Assembly (NCBI GenBank): GCA_039802605.1
Contig: JBDRWW010000014.1
Coordinates: forward strand, 1-24,532
Length of the DNA: 24,532 nucleotides
Direction: 5' to 3'
Source of the DNA: a candidate division WOR-3 bacterium
GTDB taxonomy: Bacteria > Hydrothermota > Hydrothermia > LBFQ01
In this document: piece by piece, positions 1-8,075 of the stretch
Position numbering within the stretch: the stretch's first letter is position 1
Layout: each line of letters opens with the position of its first letter
Position numbers and translations under genes: made by a program
Notes under the pieces: generated by a model
The model's input: the letters and a program-made list of their open reading frames with translations, nothing else
What the model was told of the DNA's origin: nothing
Databases searched by the model: none

Positions 1-321
1 ATAGATGCGGATACGGATATACCCGGTATGGCTATACCAACCGGCAGCGTTTCAATTATAGGAATAGTGGGGCAATACGGAACCACATACCAACTCTTAC
101 CGAGGTCAAGGGCCGATATAATAACTTTCACGCAGGTATCGGAAAGGCATATATCCAAAGAGCCCTTTAATATTAAGGGCAATACCGTTATCCTGAATAC
201 CAATGCAAAGATATACACACCGCAGGGGAGGTTAATATTTGAAGGCAGCGGGAAAGCTGAACTTCCAAAGGGCGTATATATGGTGAAAACCGATAGAATT
301 TACAAGGTTATAATCAGGTAG
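1..321 (+). CDS. C-terminal fragment of a secreted protein: OB-fold-like segment followed by a T9SS (Por)-type C-terminal sorting domain; truncated by window edge
   Basis: Frame +1 open from base 1 (IDADTDIPG...). GIVGQY..YQLLPRS.ADI resembles OB-fold modules of secreted nucleases. Terminal IY...GR...LPKGVYMVK....KVIIR matches the T9SS CTD pattern (GxY, Kxxx end). TAG at 319-321. Confidence 0.6.
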   Translation: MDADTDIPGMAIPTGSVSIIGIVGQYGTTYQLLPRSRADIITFTQVSERHISKEPFNIKGNTVILNTNAKIYTPQGRLIFEGSGKAELPKGVYMVKTDRIYKVIIR

Positions 322-1182
322 TTGCGCATAAAGGATTTAGTTCAACTTTTAAGGGTTAAGCATTATGTAAAGAATATTTTGGTATTTGTCCCTTTGATAT
401 TTTCGCAAAAAGATATACCGGGAATATACCAGAACCTCCCCCCTACCCTTTTGGCCTTCCTTTCGCTTTCATTAGCATCATCCTTTGTGTATGTTATAAA
501 CGACTTGTTGGATGCCGAGAGGGATAAACTACACCCTACCAAGAGAAACAGGCCAATAGCATCCGGAAGGATAGGTAAGAAAACGGCCATAATAATAGCC
601 ATAAGCCTTGTGATACTTTCATTTTTATTTGGCGTTCCGCTCGGCTATTGGTTTCTCGCAACGCTTCTGGCATACACCATTAACGGTTTTCTTTACAGCT
701 TATTCTTCAAAAACTATCAATTGTTTGATGCCTTTTCCTTATCCTTTGCATATCTTTTGAGGGTATATGCGGGCGCCTATGCTATAAATGTACCGGTATC
801 AGGATACCTATTCCTCGTTATATTCTTCCTATCCCTGTTTTTAGCGTTTGGGAAAAGGAGGTACGAGATCATTTTGCTGGGCGAAAGGTTGGAAGAATTT
901 AAGAGAGTTTTAAAGGATTACAGCGTTTATTATCTTGACCAGTTGATGGTTATATCCGCAACGCTGACCCTTATGGTATATACCCTGTATGTCGCACAAA
1001 GCCCAAACAAATTACTCCGTTATACGATTCCAATTGTGGTTTTTGGGATTTTTAGGTATTACCACATAACCCACAACCTTGAAAGGGGAGAACCTTCCGA
1101 AGACCTATTACAGGATAGGTATATAATGCTTTCGGGATTACTTTACGCCTTCGTGGTTTTTCTTTCATTCCTGATGAAATGA
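322..1182 (+). CDS. Decaprenyl-phosphate phosphoribosyltransferase (UbiA family)
   Basis: LRVKHYVKN, YVINDLLDAERDKLHPTKRNRPIASG, FLAFGKRRYE and GEPSEDLLQD motifs; multiple TM segments; TTG start directly after upstream TAG. Confidence 0.85.
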   Translation: MRIKDLVQLLRVKHYVKNILVFVPLIFSQKDIPGIYQNLPPTLLAFLSLSLASSFVYVINDLLDAERDKLHPTKRNRPIASGRIGKKTAIIIAISLVILSFLFGVPLGYWFLATLLAYTINGFLYSLFFKNYQLFDAFSLSFAYLLRVYAGAYAINVPVSGYLFLVIFFLSLFLAFGKRRYEIILLGERLEEFKRVLKDYSVYYLDQLMVISATLTLMVYTLYVAQSPNKLLRYTIPIVVFGIFRYYHITHNLERGEPSEDLLQDRYIMLSGLLYAFVVFLSFLMK

Positions 1183-1436
1183 AGGTTTGGGATAGGGCTA
1201 AAAGAAAGGTAAAGGCTTTAAAAAACTTTGAAATGGTAAGGAAAGATATACATTACGGTAGGTATTCCCCTTCAAAGGGAACCGTGTTTGCAATAACCTT
1301 CGCGTTGATATATTTTTTACTGCCTTTGGATGCGATGTTTGATTACATACCCTTTATCGGCCATATTGACGATGCGGCCGTAATATCGTTTGTAATTGAG
1401 AGGTTAAGGGGGGAAATCAAGAGATATATGGGATAA
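1179..1436 (+). CDS. YkvA/DUF1232 family small membrane protein
   Basis: ALIYFLLPLDAMFDYIPFIGHIDDAAVI matches the YxxxPxDxxPDxxxxxGxxDD signature; ATGA overlap with upstream gene. Confidence 0.85.
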   Translation: MKVWDRAKRKVKALKNFEMVRKDIHYGRYSPSKGTVFAITFALIYFLLPLDAMFDYIPFIGHIDDAAVISFVIERLRGEIKRYMG

Positions 1437-1459
1437 AATCCTTCACCCTTATAATATCC
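1435..1459 (+). promoter_or_regulatory. Putative -10-only promoter (AAAATCCTTCACCCT-TATAAT) for the PDO-rpmF-plsX operon
   Basis: TATAAT at 1450-1455, 10 nt before an SD-less ATG (1466); 1442-1459 is identical over 18 nt to the tRNA-fMet upstream region. Confidence 0.7.
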
Positions 1460-1465
1460 GCCGCT

Positions 1466-2140
1466 ATGGCTTTTTTAAAGGATAAAGATAAGGAATATCT
1501 GCGTCAAAAGTTCGCATCCGAGTTGGATAAGGATGTTGTTCTGATGTTTTTTAAGAAAAACCTCGGGTGCGAGTACTGTGAGGATGAAGAAAGGCTTTTA
1601 AAGGAGCTTGCGGAAACATCCGAAAAGATAAGCGTGGAGGTTAAAAACATAATCTTGGATAAGGCAGAGGCCGAGAAATACGGTATAATTGATGCCCCGG
1701 CTCTGGCGATATTACAAAAGGAAAATGGGACATTAAAGGATTTTGGGGTTAGGTATTACGGGATTCCCGCGGGTTATGAGTTTTCCGCCCTTATAGAGAG
1801 CATAGTTTTGGTTTCAACCGGAGATCCCCATTTACCAAAAGATGTAAGGGCGAAGATAGAAAGCATAGACAAGGACATAACCATTTTGGTGTTTGTAACA
1901 CCTACATGTCCCTATTGCCCTAGGGCGGTTTTAACATCCCACAAGTTTGCGGTTGCAAATCCAAAGATAAAGGGTTATATGGTTGAGGCTATGGAATTCC
2001 CCGAATGGGCGGATAAGTACTTTGTCCATGCCGTTCCAAAGATAGTTATAAACGATGTTGTTGAGTTTGAAGGGGCATACCCGGAACCGTTTTTTGCCGA
2101 AAAGATCTTGGAGGCAGCGGCTTTAACAAAAGGAGGGTAA
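1466..2140 (+). CDS. Protein disulfide oxidoreductase (glutaredoxin-like, two thioredoxin folds, AhpF-NTD/PDO family)
   Basis: CEYC and CPYC motifs, GIPAGYEFSALI, FVTPTCPYCP, VPKIVIN, FEGAYPE. Confidence 0.9.
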   Translation: MAFLKDKDKEYLRQKFASELDKDVVLMFFKKNLGCEYCEDEERLLKELAETSEKISVEVKNIILDKAEAEKYGIIDAPALAILQKENGTLKDFGVRYYGIPAGYEFSALIESIVLVSTGDPHLPKDVRAKIESIDKDITILVFVTPTCPYCPRAVLTSHKFAVANPKIKGYMVEAMEFPEWADKYFVHAVPKIVINDVVEFEGAYPEPFFAEKILEAAALTKGG

Positions 2141-2143
2141 AAA

Positions 2144-2320
2144 ATGACGGCACCAAAGAGGAGGCAATCGGCAACAAGGGGGAGAAAGAGGAGAACACAC
2201 TGGAAGGTAAAACCGCCAGCCCTCTCCCTATGCCCTTCATGTGGCAAGCCAAAACTTCCGCACTTTGCATGCCCACATTGTGGGTATTATAAGGGGAGGG
2301 TGGCGGTACAGGTTAAGTAA
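2144..2320 (+). CDS. rpmF: 50S ribosomal protein L32, zinc-ribbon form (not in ORF track)
   Basis: Hand translation MTAPKRRQSATRGRKRRTHWKVKPPALSLCPSCGKPKLPHFACPHCGYYKGRVAVQVK* (58 aa); SD AGGAGG at 2131-2136; TAATG coupling to plsX. Confidence 0.95.
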   Translation: MTAPKRRQSATRGRKRRTHWKVKPPALSLCPSCGKPKLPHFACPHCGYYKGRVAVQVK

Positions 2321-3327
2321 TGCGTATAGCCTTAGATGGCTTTGGAACCGATAGGGCACCAATACCGGAAATAAGGGGAGCTTTGAGCGTTTTAGAGGAG
2401 AGGGAAGATATAAGGATTTTATTGGTGGGGAACGAGCACGAGATAAAAAGGTATATATCGGAATATCATCCCCGTTTGGAAATAGTTCATGCGGATGAAA
2501 TCGTACATCACGACGATAAGCCCTCGGATGTGGTTAGGACAAAAAGGAATTCGAGTATGGCCGTAGGTCTTAGGCTTGTAAGGGAGGGGGAGGCGGATGC
2601 CTTTGTATCCGCAGGAAATACGGGCGCCGTTATGGCCTACGCCCTCTTTACATTGGGAAGGGTAAAAGGAGTTAGTAGGCCCGCAATAGGCGCGCTATTT
2701 CCCAATACGGCCGGTGGTAGAAACCTCGTTTTGGACATGGGTGCAAATATATTCGTATCTTCAAGGCATCTCGTTGAGTTTGCCCTCATGGGTTCCGCAT
2801 TTTATAACGCTATGTTTAACAAAAAACCAAAGGTTGCCCTATTATCCGTGGGTGAGGAGGAGATTAAAGGTGGGGAAAACCTTATAAACGCGAGGAAGAC
2901 CCTCAGCGAAATAAAGGGGAACTTTGAATTCGTGGGTTATATTGAAGGGCACGAGATTTTGAGCACAAAAGCGGATGTCGTCGTTATGGATGGTTTTGTG
3001 GGTAATATCCTTTTAAAGTTTGGTGAAAGCGTTTTGGGTGTAATTTTGGATTTCATGAAGGAAGAGGTCAAGAAAAGCCCAAGGGCCTTGTTGGGGGCAG
3101 CCCTTATGAAACCCGTTTTCAAAAACATAAAGAGGAAAGCGGACTTTGAGGAATACGGTGGAGCACCATTAATAGGTGTAAACGGTGTGGTGATAATATC
3201 CCATGGTAGGTCAACCGCAAGGGCGATACATAACGCAATCTTGGTTGCGGATACCTTGAAAAAACGCGGATTGTTGGAGAGGATAGAAGAATACATGCAT
3301 GTTCAAACTCCAAGCCCTTCTAACTGA
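2320..3327 (+). CDS. plsX: Phosphate acyltransferase PlsX
   Basis: MRIALD, SSMAVGL, VSAGNTGA, RPAI, LDMGAN, GEEEIKG, DGFVGNILLK, YGGAPLIGVNG, SHGRS; follows rpmF. Confidence 0.95.
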   Translation: MRIALDGFGTDRAPIPEIRGALSVLEEREDIRILLVGNEHEIKRYISEYHPRLEIVHADEIVHHDDKPSDVVRTKRNSSMAVGLRLVREGEADAFVSAGNTGAVMAYALFTLGRVKGVSRPAIGALFPNTAGGRNLVLDMGANIFVSSRHLVEFALMGSAFYNAMFNKKPKVALLSVGEEEIKGGENLINARKTLSEIKGNFEFVGYIEGHEILSTKADVVVMDGFVGNILLKFGESVLGVILDFMKEEVKKSPRALLGAALMKPVFKNIKRKADFEEYGGAPLIGVNGVVIISHGRSTARAIHNAILVADTLKKRGLLERIEEYMHVQTPSPSN

Positions 3328-4594
3328 TTTGTACGAATTAACCATGGGGGAGGTTTATTTGAGGGATGGGTATAACGATTTTGCGGTTTTTGAAATGAAT
3401 ATAAGGCATAGGAAGGAGAGGAACTATTATGTTTCCGTGGGGGTGGTTGAATTGGCAAAAATGATAACGGAATTGAGGTTTTCGGAAGACGATATAAAGT
3501 ACCTAAGATCCCTCGGAAAGTTCTCCGATGATTTCCTGGAATATTTGAGGAATTTTAGGTTTAAGGGGGATATATGGGGTATCCCAGACGGTAGAATATT
3601 TTTTGCCGGAGAACCCGTTTTCGTAGTTAAAACCAACAGAATTGATGGGCAAATCCTTGAAACAATGGTTTTGAATTATTTGGCATTTCAGATAAATTCG
3701 GCATCAAAGGCTGCCAGAATATATTCGGTTGCAAAGGGAAAACTATTAATGGAATTTGGTGCGAGAAGGGCCGCCGGTATAGATTCGGCCGTTCTCGTAA
3801 GTAAGGCAACATATATTGCGGGTTTTGACGGAACATCCAACCTTTTGGCGGGTAAAATGTATAACATACCCGTTTACGGCACAATGGCCCACGCCTTTGT
3901 TCAAACATACCCGTCGGAGTTTGAGGCTTTTGTATCCTTTGCAAAGGCATATCCGAATAACGCCATATTTCTTGTGGATACATACGATACCGTTTCGGGA
4001 ATAGAAACCGCAATAGAGGTTATAAACCTTTTAAAGGATAGGATAAAGCTTGTGGGCATAAGGATAGATTCGGGGGATATAGTTGAAATGTCAAGGTATG
4101 CTAAAAAAAGGTTTGATGAGGCGGGGTTAAGGGATGTAAAAATAGTTTTATCCGGGGACTTAGACGAGTGGAAGATAGAGGAGGTTGTTAATAGGGGTTT
4201 TGCGGACGCCTTTGGTGTGGGAACGGAAGTAGCCCTACCCTCCGATAGGCCTTGCATAGGGGCTATATACAAGTTGGTTGAGGATAAAAGCGGGTTTAAA
4301 CACAAGTTTTCAAAGGGAAAGGTTGTAATAGGGGGTTCAAAGCAGGTTTATAGGGTTTATGATGAACAGGGGAAGATATACAAGGATATAATTACCCATG
4401 AAAGCGTTCAATATGAGGGGGAACCCCTTTTGGTGCCACTTGTTAAGAACGGAGAATTCGTTTATGAAGATAGTATTGAGAAGGCCAGGGAGAGGTTTTT
4501 TAATGATTTTTCAACACTTCCCGAAAGTTATAAGGATATAAATGTCGGTTTGAACCCACCGGTAGAGTATTCCCAAGAGTTGAGGATATTGTAA
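3299..4594 (+). CDS. pncB: Nicotinate phosphoribosyltransferase
   Basis: LLTDLYELTM, EFGARRA, GTMAHAFV, LVDTYDT, GIRIDSGD, SGDLDE, FGVGT, YKLVE motifs. Confidence 0.92.
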   Translation: MFKLQALLTDLYELTMGEVYLRDGYNDFAVFEMNIRHRKERNYYVSVGVVELAKMITELRFSEDDIKYLRSLGKFSDDFLEYLRNFRFKGDIWGIPDGRIFFAGEPVFVVKTNRIDGQILETMVLNYLAFQINSASKAARIYSVAKGKLLMEFGARRAAGIDSAVLVSKATYIAGFDGTSNLLAGKMYNIPVYGTMAHAFVQTYPSEFEAFVSFAKAYPNNAIFLVDTYDTVSGIETAIEVINLLKDRIKLVGIRIDSGDIVEMSRYAKKRFDEAGLRDVKIVLSGDLDEWKIEEVVNRGFADAFGVGTEVALPSDRPCIGAIYKLVEDKSGFKHKFSKGKVVIGGSKQVYRVYDEQGKIYKDIITHESVQYEGEPLLVPLVKNGEFVYEDSIEKARERFFNDFSTLPESYKDINVGLNPPVEYSQELRIL

Positions 4595-4923
4595 TGGATG
4601 TTTTGAAGGGGATTATAAAAATCCTTGAAGAGAACGCCGCCGAGGATATAGTCGTTCTTGATATAAGGGAGGTTAATCCCGTATTATGCGACTATATGAT
4701 AGTTGCCACGGGATATACATCGGATCACCTCATCTCATTGGGTGAAAAGTTAATTGAAAGTTTTGGTGGAAGGGTTGAAGGGAATGAGGAATCGGTTTGG
4801 GTTTTGGTGGATTTGGGGGATATAATAATACATCTATTCACACCGCAAGCTAGGGAATTCTACGCCTTGGAGGACTTGTACGAAGACGCCAACAGGATAG
4901 AGATTTATGCGGAGGATAATTGA
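4594..4923 (+). CDS. rsfS: Ribosome silencing factor RsfS (Iojap)
   Basis: AEDIVVLDI, DYMIVATG, WVLVDLGDIIIHLF..R.FY.LE.LY. Confidence 0.92.
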   Translation: MDVLKGIIKILEENAAEDIVVLDIREVNPVLCDYMIVATGYTSDHLISLGEKLIESFGGRVEGNEESVWVLVDLGDIIIHLFTPQAREFYALEDLYEDANRIEIYAEDN

Positions 4924-6913
4924 ATACATTGACAACCAAAACCCCTTAAAGGCCACGGTTGTTATAATTTTATCCATAGTTTTGAGGGGAATTTTTGAGG
5001 GGACCTTCGAGAACGCCAGAAATTTACACTTTCAGGTATCGCTTTATAAAGCCTTTCTCTTCTTTTTCCTTCACCAATTTTCCTTTTATTTTGCCGCCTT
5101 TTTAATAATAACCCTTGTGGTTGCCGTATTATCCAAAAAAAGCGTATTCAAAGCGTATAACTTTGTTGCAACCTTTTCCTTTATAATAACCATTCCACCG
5201 TTAATAGACTCCCTTTCGGGAGGTGGATATGTTTTAAAGTATATATTTTCGGAGGAGGAGTTTTGGGCAACGGTTTTCAATTTCTTTAATCCCTTCTTTG
5301 ACCTATCACCCGTCGGAATAACCTACGGTATGAGGATTGAGATAACATTGGCAATAATCGGTGTATTCCTTTATGTTCTGCTAACATCCAAAAACTTAAT
5401 AAACTCTCTTATTGCTGGCATATTAACATTTTTTGTTTTGTTGTTCTTGGGTTCCGTCCCCTATTTTTTCCTAAGTTTTTTCAAAATATCGCACGCCTTT
5501 GCCTTTAAATCGTATTCGCTACTGTACGAGGATACCCAGAGGTATTCCATATTAAACTTGATGGTTTTAACACTTGTTTTGTGCTTTATAACCCTGTTAT
5601 ACGATTCCAAAAAGGCAATAACCCTTTTTACCCTCAGGATACAAAAATTACCATTTTATATATCCTTGGGAATTGTAGGCTTTGTTTTGGGTTATAAGAT
5701 TTCGGGACACCTATGGCCGCATCCCTTTAAAAACCCCTTTGATTATGTGGCATTATTGGGAATGGTTATAGCCTTAACCCTATCCCACCACTTTGGGGTT
5801 TTGATAAACGACATAAACGATTACGAGATAGATAAAATCAACGGTAAAAAAACATCCGTTAACGGTGGGGGGCTTACTTTAAACGAAGCGAGGGTTTCGG
5901 CGGGTGTTATGTTTGTTTTAGCGTTGGCGTTTTATCTCTCTTTAAACTTTGATACATTTATATTGGGTTTAGCCACATTGGGACTCGCATGGATATACTC
6001 CGTTGAACCTTTGAGGACAAAGAGGTTATACCTCCTTTCAACATTAACCCTCGCATCGATATCGGTTTTTTGCCAGTTTATCGGGGCATCCCTGTGGATG
6101 AAGGAAAAAACCATACTCTTATATCCGAAAGATGTCGTATTGGCAACATTCTTGGGTGTTGCCTTCGGTTTTATGGTTAAAGATGTTGAGGATTACAAGG
6201 GGGATAAGGTTTTTGGGGTTAAAACCAATTATACGGTTTTCGGTATGAAAGTTGGTAGGATAATATCGGGAATATTTACAGGTGGGGTGTTTTTTATAAT
6301 ACCCATAATACTGGGGGCACCTTTAAATGTTAAAATTTGGTGTTGGGTTTTGGGATTGTTTGCGGGTTATTTGGCATCAAGGGAAAGGTTTTACGAATTA
6401 CCCCTTTGGGCACTATTCTTTTTGATGTTGATACCGTTGGCATATACATATCTACAAAGGGATATAAAGGTAAACTTTGTATTGAGAAAGGACAACCCTT
6501 ACAGTGAGCTACTTGGGATGTTTCAGATTGATAGGGAGAAAGCCTTCAGGGAATTAAACGAATATCTATCGCAAGACCCTTGCGATTTCAGGTTTTTCAA
6601 TCAAAAACTGCTCTATTTCCTATACCACTTTCCGGATAGCGTTCCGGAATATTACGAAAGGGTTAAGGGGATGTGTAGGGTTGATGATAGGACTTTTTTG
6701 ATAATGGGGGCGTATTATTTCCGCAAGGGCGATTTCGTTTCGGCCAGGGATATGGGTTTGAAGGCCTTGAAGGCGGGAGGCGTTGAGGCCTTGGCCTTTT
6801 TGGAAATGGTTGAGGATTCCCTTGGGAATTATAAGGAATCTTACAATTATTCAAAACTTGCGAGAAAATATAAGGCAAATTATCGCTATGTTTTTACCCT
6901 TATAAACAGATGA
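4907..6913 (+). CDS. Extended UbiA-family prenyltransferase with extra N-terminal multi-TM region and C-terminal TPR-like helical domain
   Basis: Asp-rich motifs NDINDYEIDKING and KDVEDYKGD, plus YSVEPLRTKR; about 270 aa hydrophobic N-terminal extension; soluble C-terminus with TPR-like pattern (MGAYYFRKGDFVSARDMGLKALK). Confidence 0.75.
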   Translation: MRRIIEYIDNQNPLKATVVIILSIVLRGIFEGTFENARNLHFQVSLYKAFLFFFLHQFSFYFAAFLIITLVVAVLSKKSVFKAYNFVATFSFIITIPPLIDSLSGGGYVLKYIFSEEEFWATVFNFFNPFFDLSPVGITYGMRIEITLAIIGVFLYVLLTSKNLINSLIAGILTFFVLLFLGSVPYFFLSFFKISHAFAFKSYSLLYEDTQRYSILNLMVLTLVLCFITLLYDSKKAITLFTLRIQKLPFYISLGIVGFVLGYKISGHLWPHPFKNPFDYVALLGMVIALTLSHHFGVLINDINDYEIDKINGKKTSVNGGGLTLNEARVSAGVMFVLALAFYLSLNFDTFILGLATLGLAWIYSVEPLRTKRLYLLSTLTLASISVFCQFIGASLWMKEKTILLYPKDVVLATFLGVAFGFMVKDVEDYKGDKVFGVKTNYTVFGMKVGRIISGIFTGGVFFIIPIILGAPLNVKIWCWVLGLFAGYLASRERFYELPLWALFFLMLIPLAYTYLQRDIKVNFVLRKDNPYSELLGMFQIDREKAFRELNEYLSQDPCDFRFFNQKLLYFLYHFPDSVPEYYERVKGMCRVDDRTFLIMGAYYFRKGDFVSARDMGLKALKAGGVEALAFLEMVEDSLGNYKESYNYSKLARKYKANYRYVFTLINR

Positions 6914-7824
6914 AGGCTTACGAAATCACCCAATGGATAAAGGATAAACTTTTGGATTTGGGGTTTGATGGAGTCGGCGTTGCCTCTTTAAAGGATTTTC
7001 CGCCCGAAGGGGATAAAAGGGTTTTCTTAGAATGGATTGAAAGGCGCCATTACGCCGGTATGGAATATATGCATAAAACAAAGGATATAAGGTTAAATCC
7101 AAAATCGCTATTGGATGGTGCAAAAAGTGCCGTAATATGCGTTATAAACTACGGTTCAAAAAGCATTGGGAGGCTAAAATTCGCGAGGTATTCCACGAGG
7201 AGGGATTACCATAAGGTTTTCAAAAAGGTCTTGGGAAAGTTTGTTAAGGAATGTAAGGAAAGGTTTGGTGGGAATTACAGGGTTTTTTCGGATTCTTTGC
7301 CGGTTTTGGAGAGGAGCTTGGGAAGATTGGCGGGTATAGGTTGGATAGGTAAAAACTCAATGTTAATATCTCCCAAGTTCGGTTCTTACTTTTTAATGGG
7401 GGGTTTTTTAACGGATTTGGAATTAATTCCGGATAAACCCTTTGAATACGACTTCTGCGGTAAGTGTAATAGGTGTGTAGAGGCATGCCCCACAAAGGCC
7501 ATATTACCAAACAGGACAATTGATTCCAACAAATGTATTTCCTATTGGACTATTGAGTTTAAGGGGGATGAAATACCTATAAAAACCTATGGTTGGGTAT
7601 TCGGATGCGATATATGTCAGGAGGTATGCCCCTGGAACAACAAATCCCCCGAAGGGGCGAATCCCTTATTGCAAAACTTGGAGTTTTTTGAGGAAATCGA
7701 TGCAGAGGAAATATTAAGCATGGATGAGGAAAGGTTTTTTCAAGTGTTTAAGGGGACACCGATAATGAGGGCAAAGTTGAGGGGGTTAAAAAGAAATGTT
7801 TTAAAGTTTTTAAAGGAGGGTTAA
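6910..7824 (+). CDS. queG: tRNA epoxyqueuosine(34) reductase QueG
   Basis: ARY...DYH, DS.PVLER, GIGWIGKNS, CGKCNRCVEACPT, CISYWTIE, GCDICQEVCPWN. Confidence 0.95.
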   Translation: MKAYEITQWIKDKLLDLGFDGVGVASLKDFPPEGDKRVFLEWIERRHYAGMEYMHKTKDIRLNPKSLLDGAKSAVICVINYGSKSIGRLKFARYSTRRDYHKVFKKVLGKFVKECKERFGGNYRVFSDSLPVLERSLGRLAGIGWIGKNSMLISPKFGSYFLMGGFLTDLELIPDKPFEYDFCGKCNRCVEACPTKAILPNRTIDSNKCISYWTIEFKGDEIPIKTYGWVFGCDICQEVCPWNNKSPEGANPLLQNLEFFEEIDAEEILSMDEERFFQVFKGTPIMRAKLRGLKRNVLKFLKEG

Positions 7825-7833
7825 AATAAAAAA

Positions 7834-7907
7834 TTGCGGGGGTGGGATTTGAACCCACGACCTCCGGGTTATGAGCCCGGCGAGCTACCAGACTGCTCCA
7901 CCCCGCG
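7834..7907 (-). tRNA. tRNA-fMet (CAT), initiator; CCA not encoded
   Basis: Reverse complement CGCGGGGTGGAGCAGTCTGGTAGCTCGCCGGGCTCATAACCCGGAGGTCGTGGGTTCAAATCCCACCCCCGCAA: C1:A72 mismatch, GGG/CCC anticodon-stem pairs, GTTCAAA T-loop; followed by TTTTTTATTTT. Confidence 0.95.
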
Positions 7908-7916
7908 GTGTGAAGT

Positions 7917-7988
7917 GGATATTATAAGGGTGAAAAGTTTGTTGGGGGGAAGTTTATAACCCCTACCAAAACCTTTCAACCTTAAAAT
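7917..7988. promoter_or_regulatory. Back-to-back -10 promoters for tRNA-fMet (TATAAT at 7926-7921, minus) and tRNA-Thr (TAAAAT at 7983-7988, plus)
   Basis: AAACTTTTCACCCT-TATAAT 13 nt before tRNA-fMet and AAAACCTTTCAACCT-TAAAAT 9 nt before tRNA-Thr; no TTGACA-like hexamer at 17 nt spacing. Confidence 0.7.
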
Positions 7989-7997
7989 ATTCACCTC

Positions 7998-8071
7998 GCC
8001 CGCGTAGCTCAGGCGGTTAGAGCGCGTCCTTGGTAAGGACGAGGTCGGCGGTTCAAGTCCGCCCGCGGGCT
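7998..8071 (+). tRNA. tRNA-Thr (GGT); CCA not encoded
   Basis: GCCCGCG/CGCGGGC acceptor stem, CGTCC-TTGGTAA-GGACG anticodon arm, GGTTCAAGTCC T-arm. Confidence 0.95.
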
Positions 8072-8075
8072 TTAA

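Noticed and set aside
6898..6912. CCT-TATAAA before queG as another promoter-motif instance
   Set aside because: Lacks the conserved final T and is only 3 nt from the ATG; queG is coupled by an ATGA overlap instead.
7834..8071. tRNAs as integration sites of an island or prophage
   Set aside because: No integrase and no duplicated tRNA 3' ends seen in the window; flanks are housekeeping genes.
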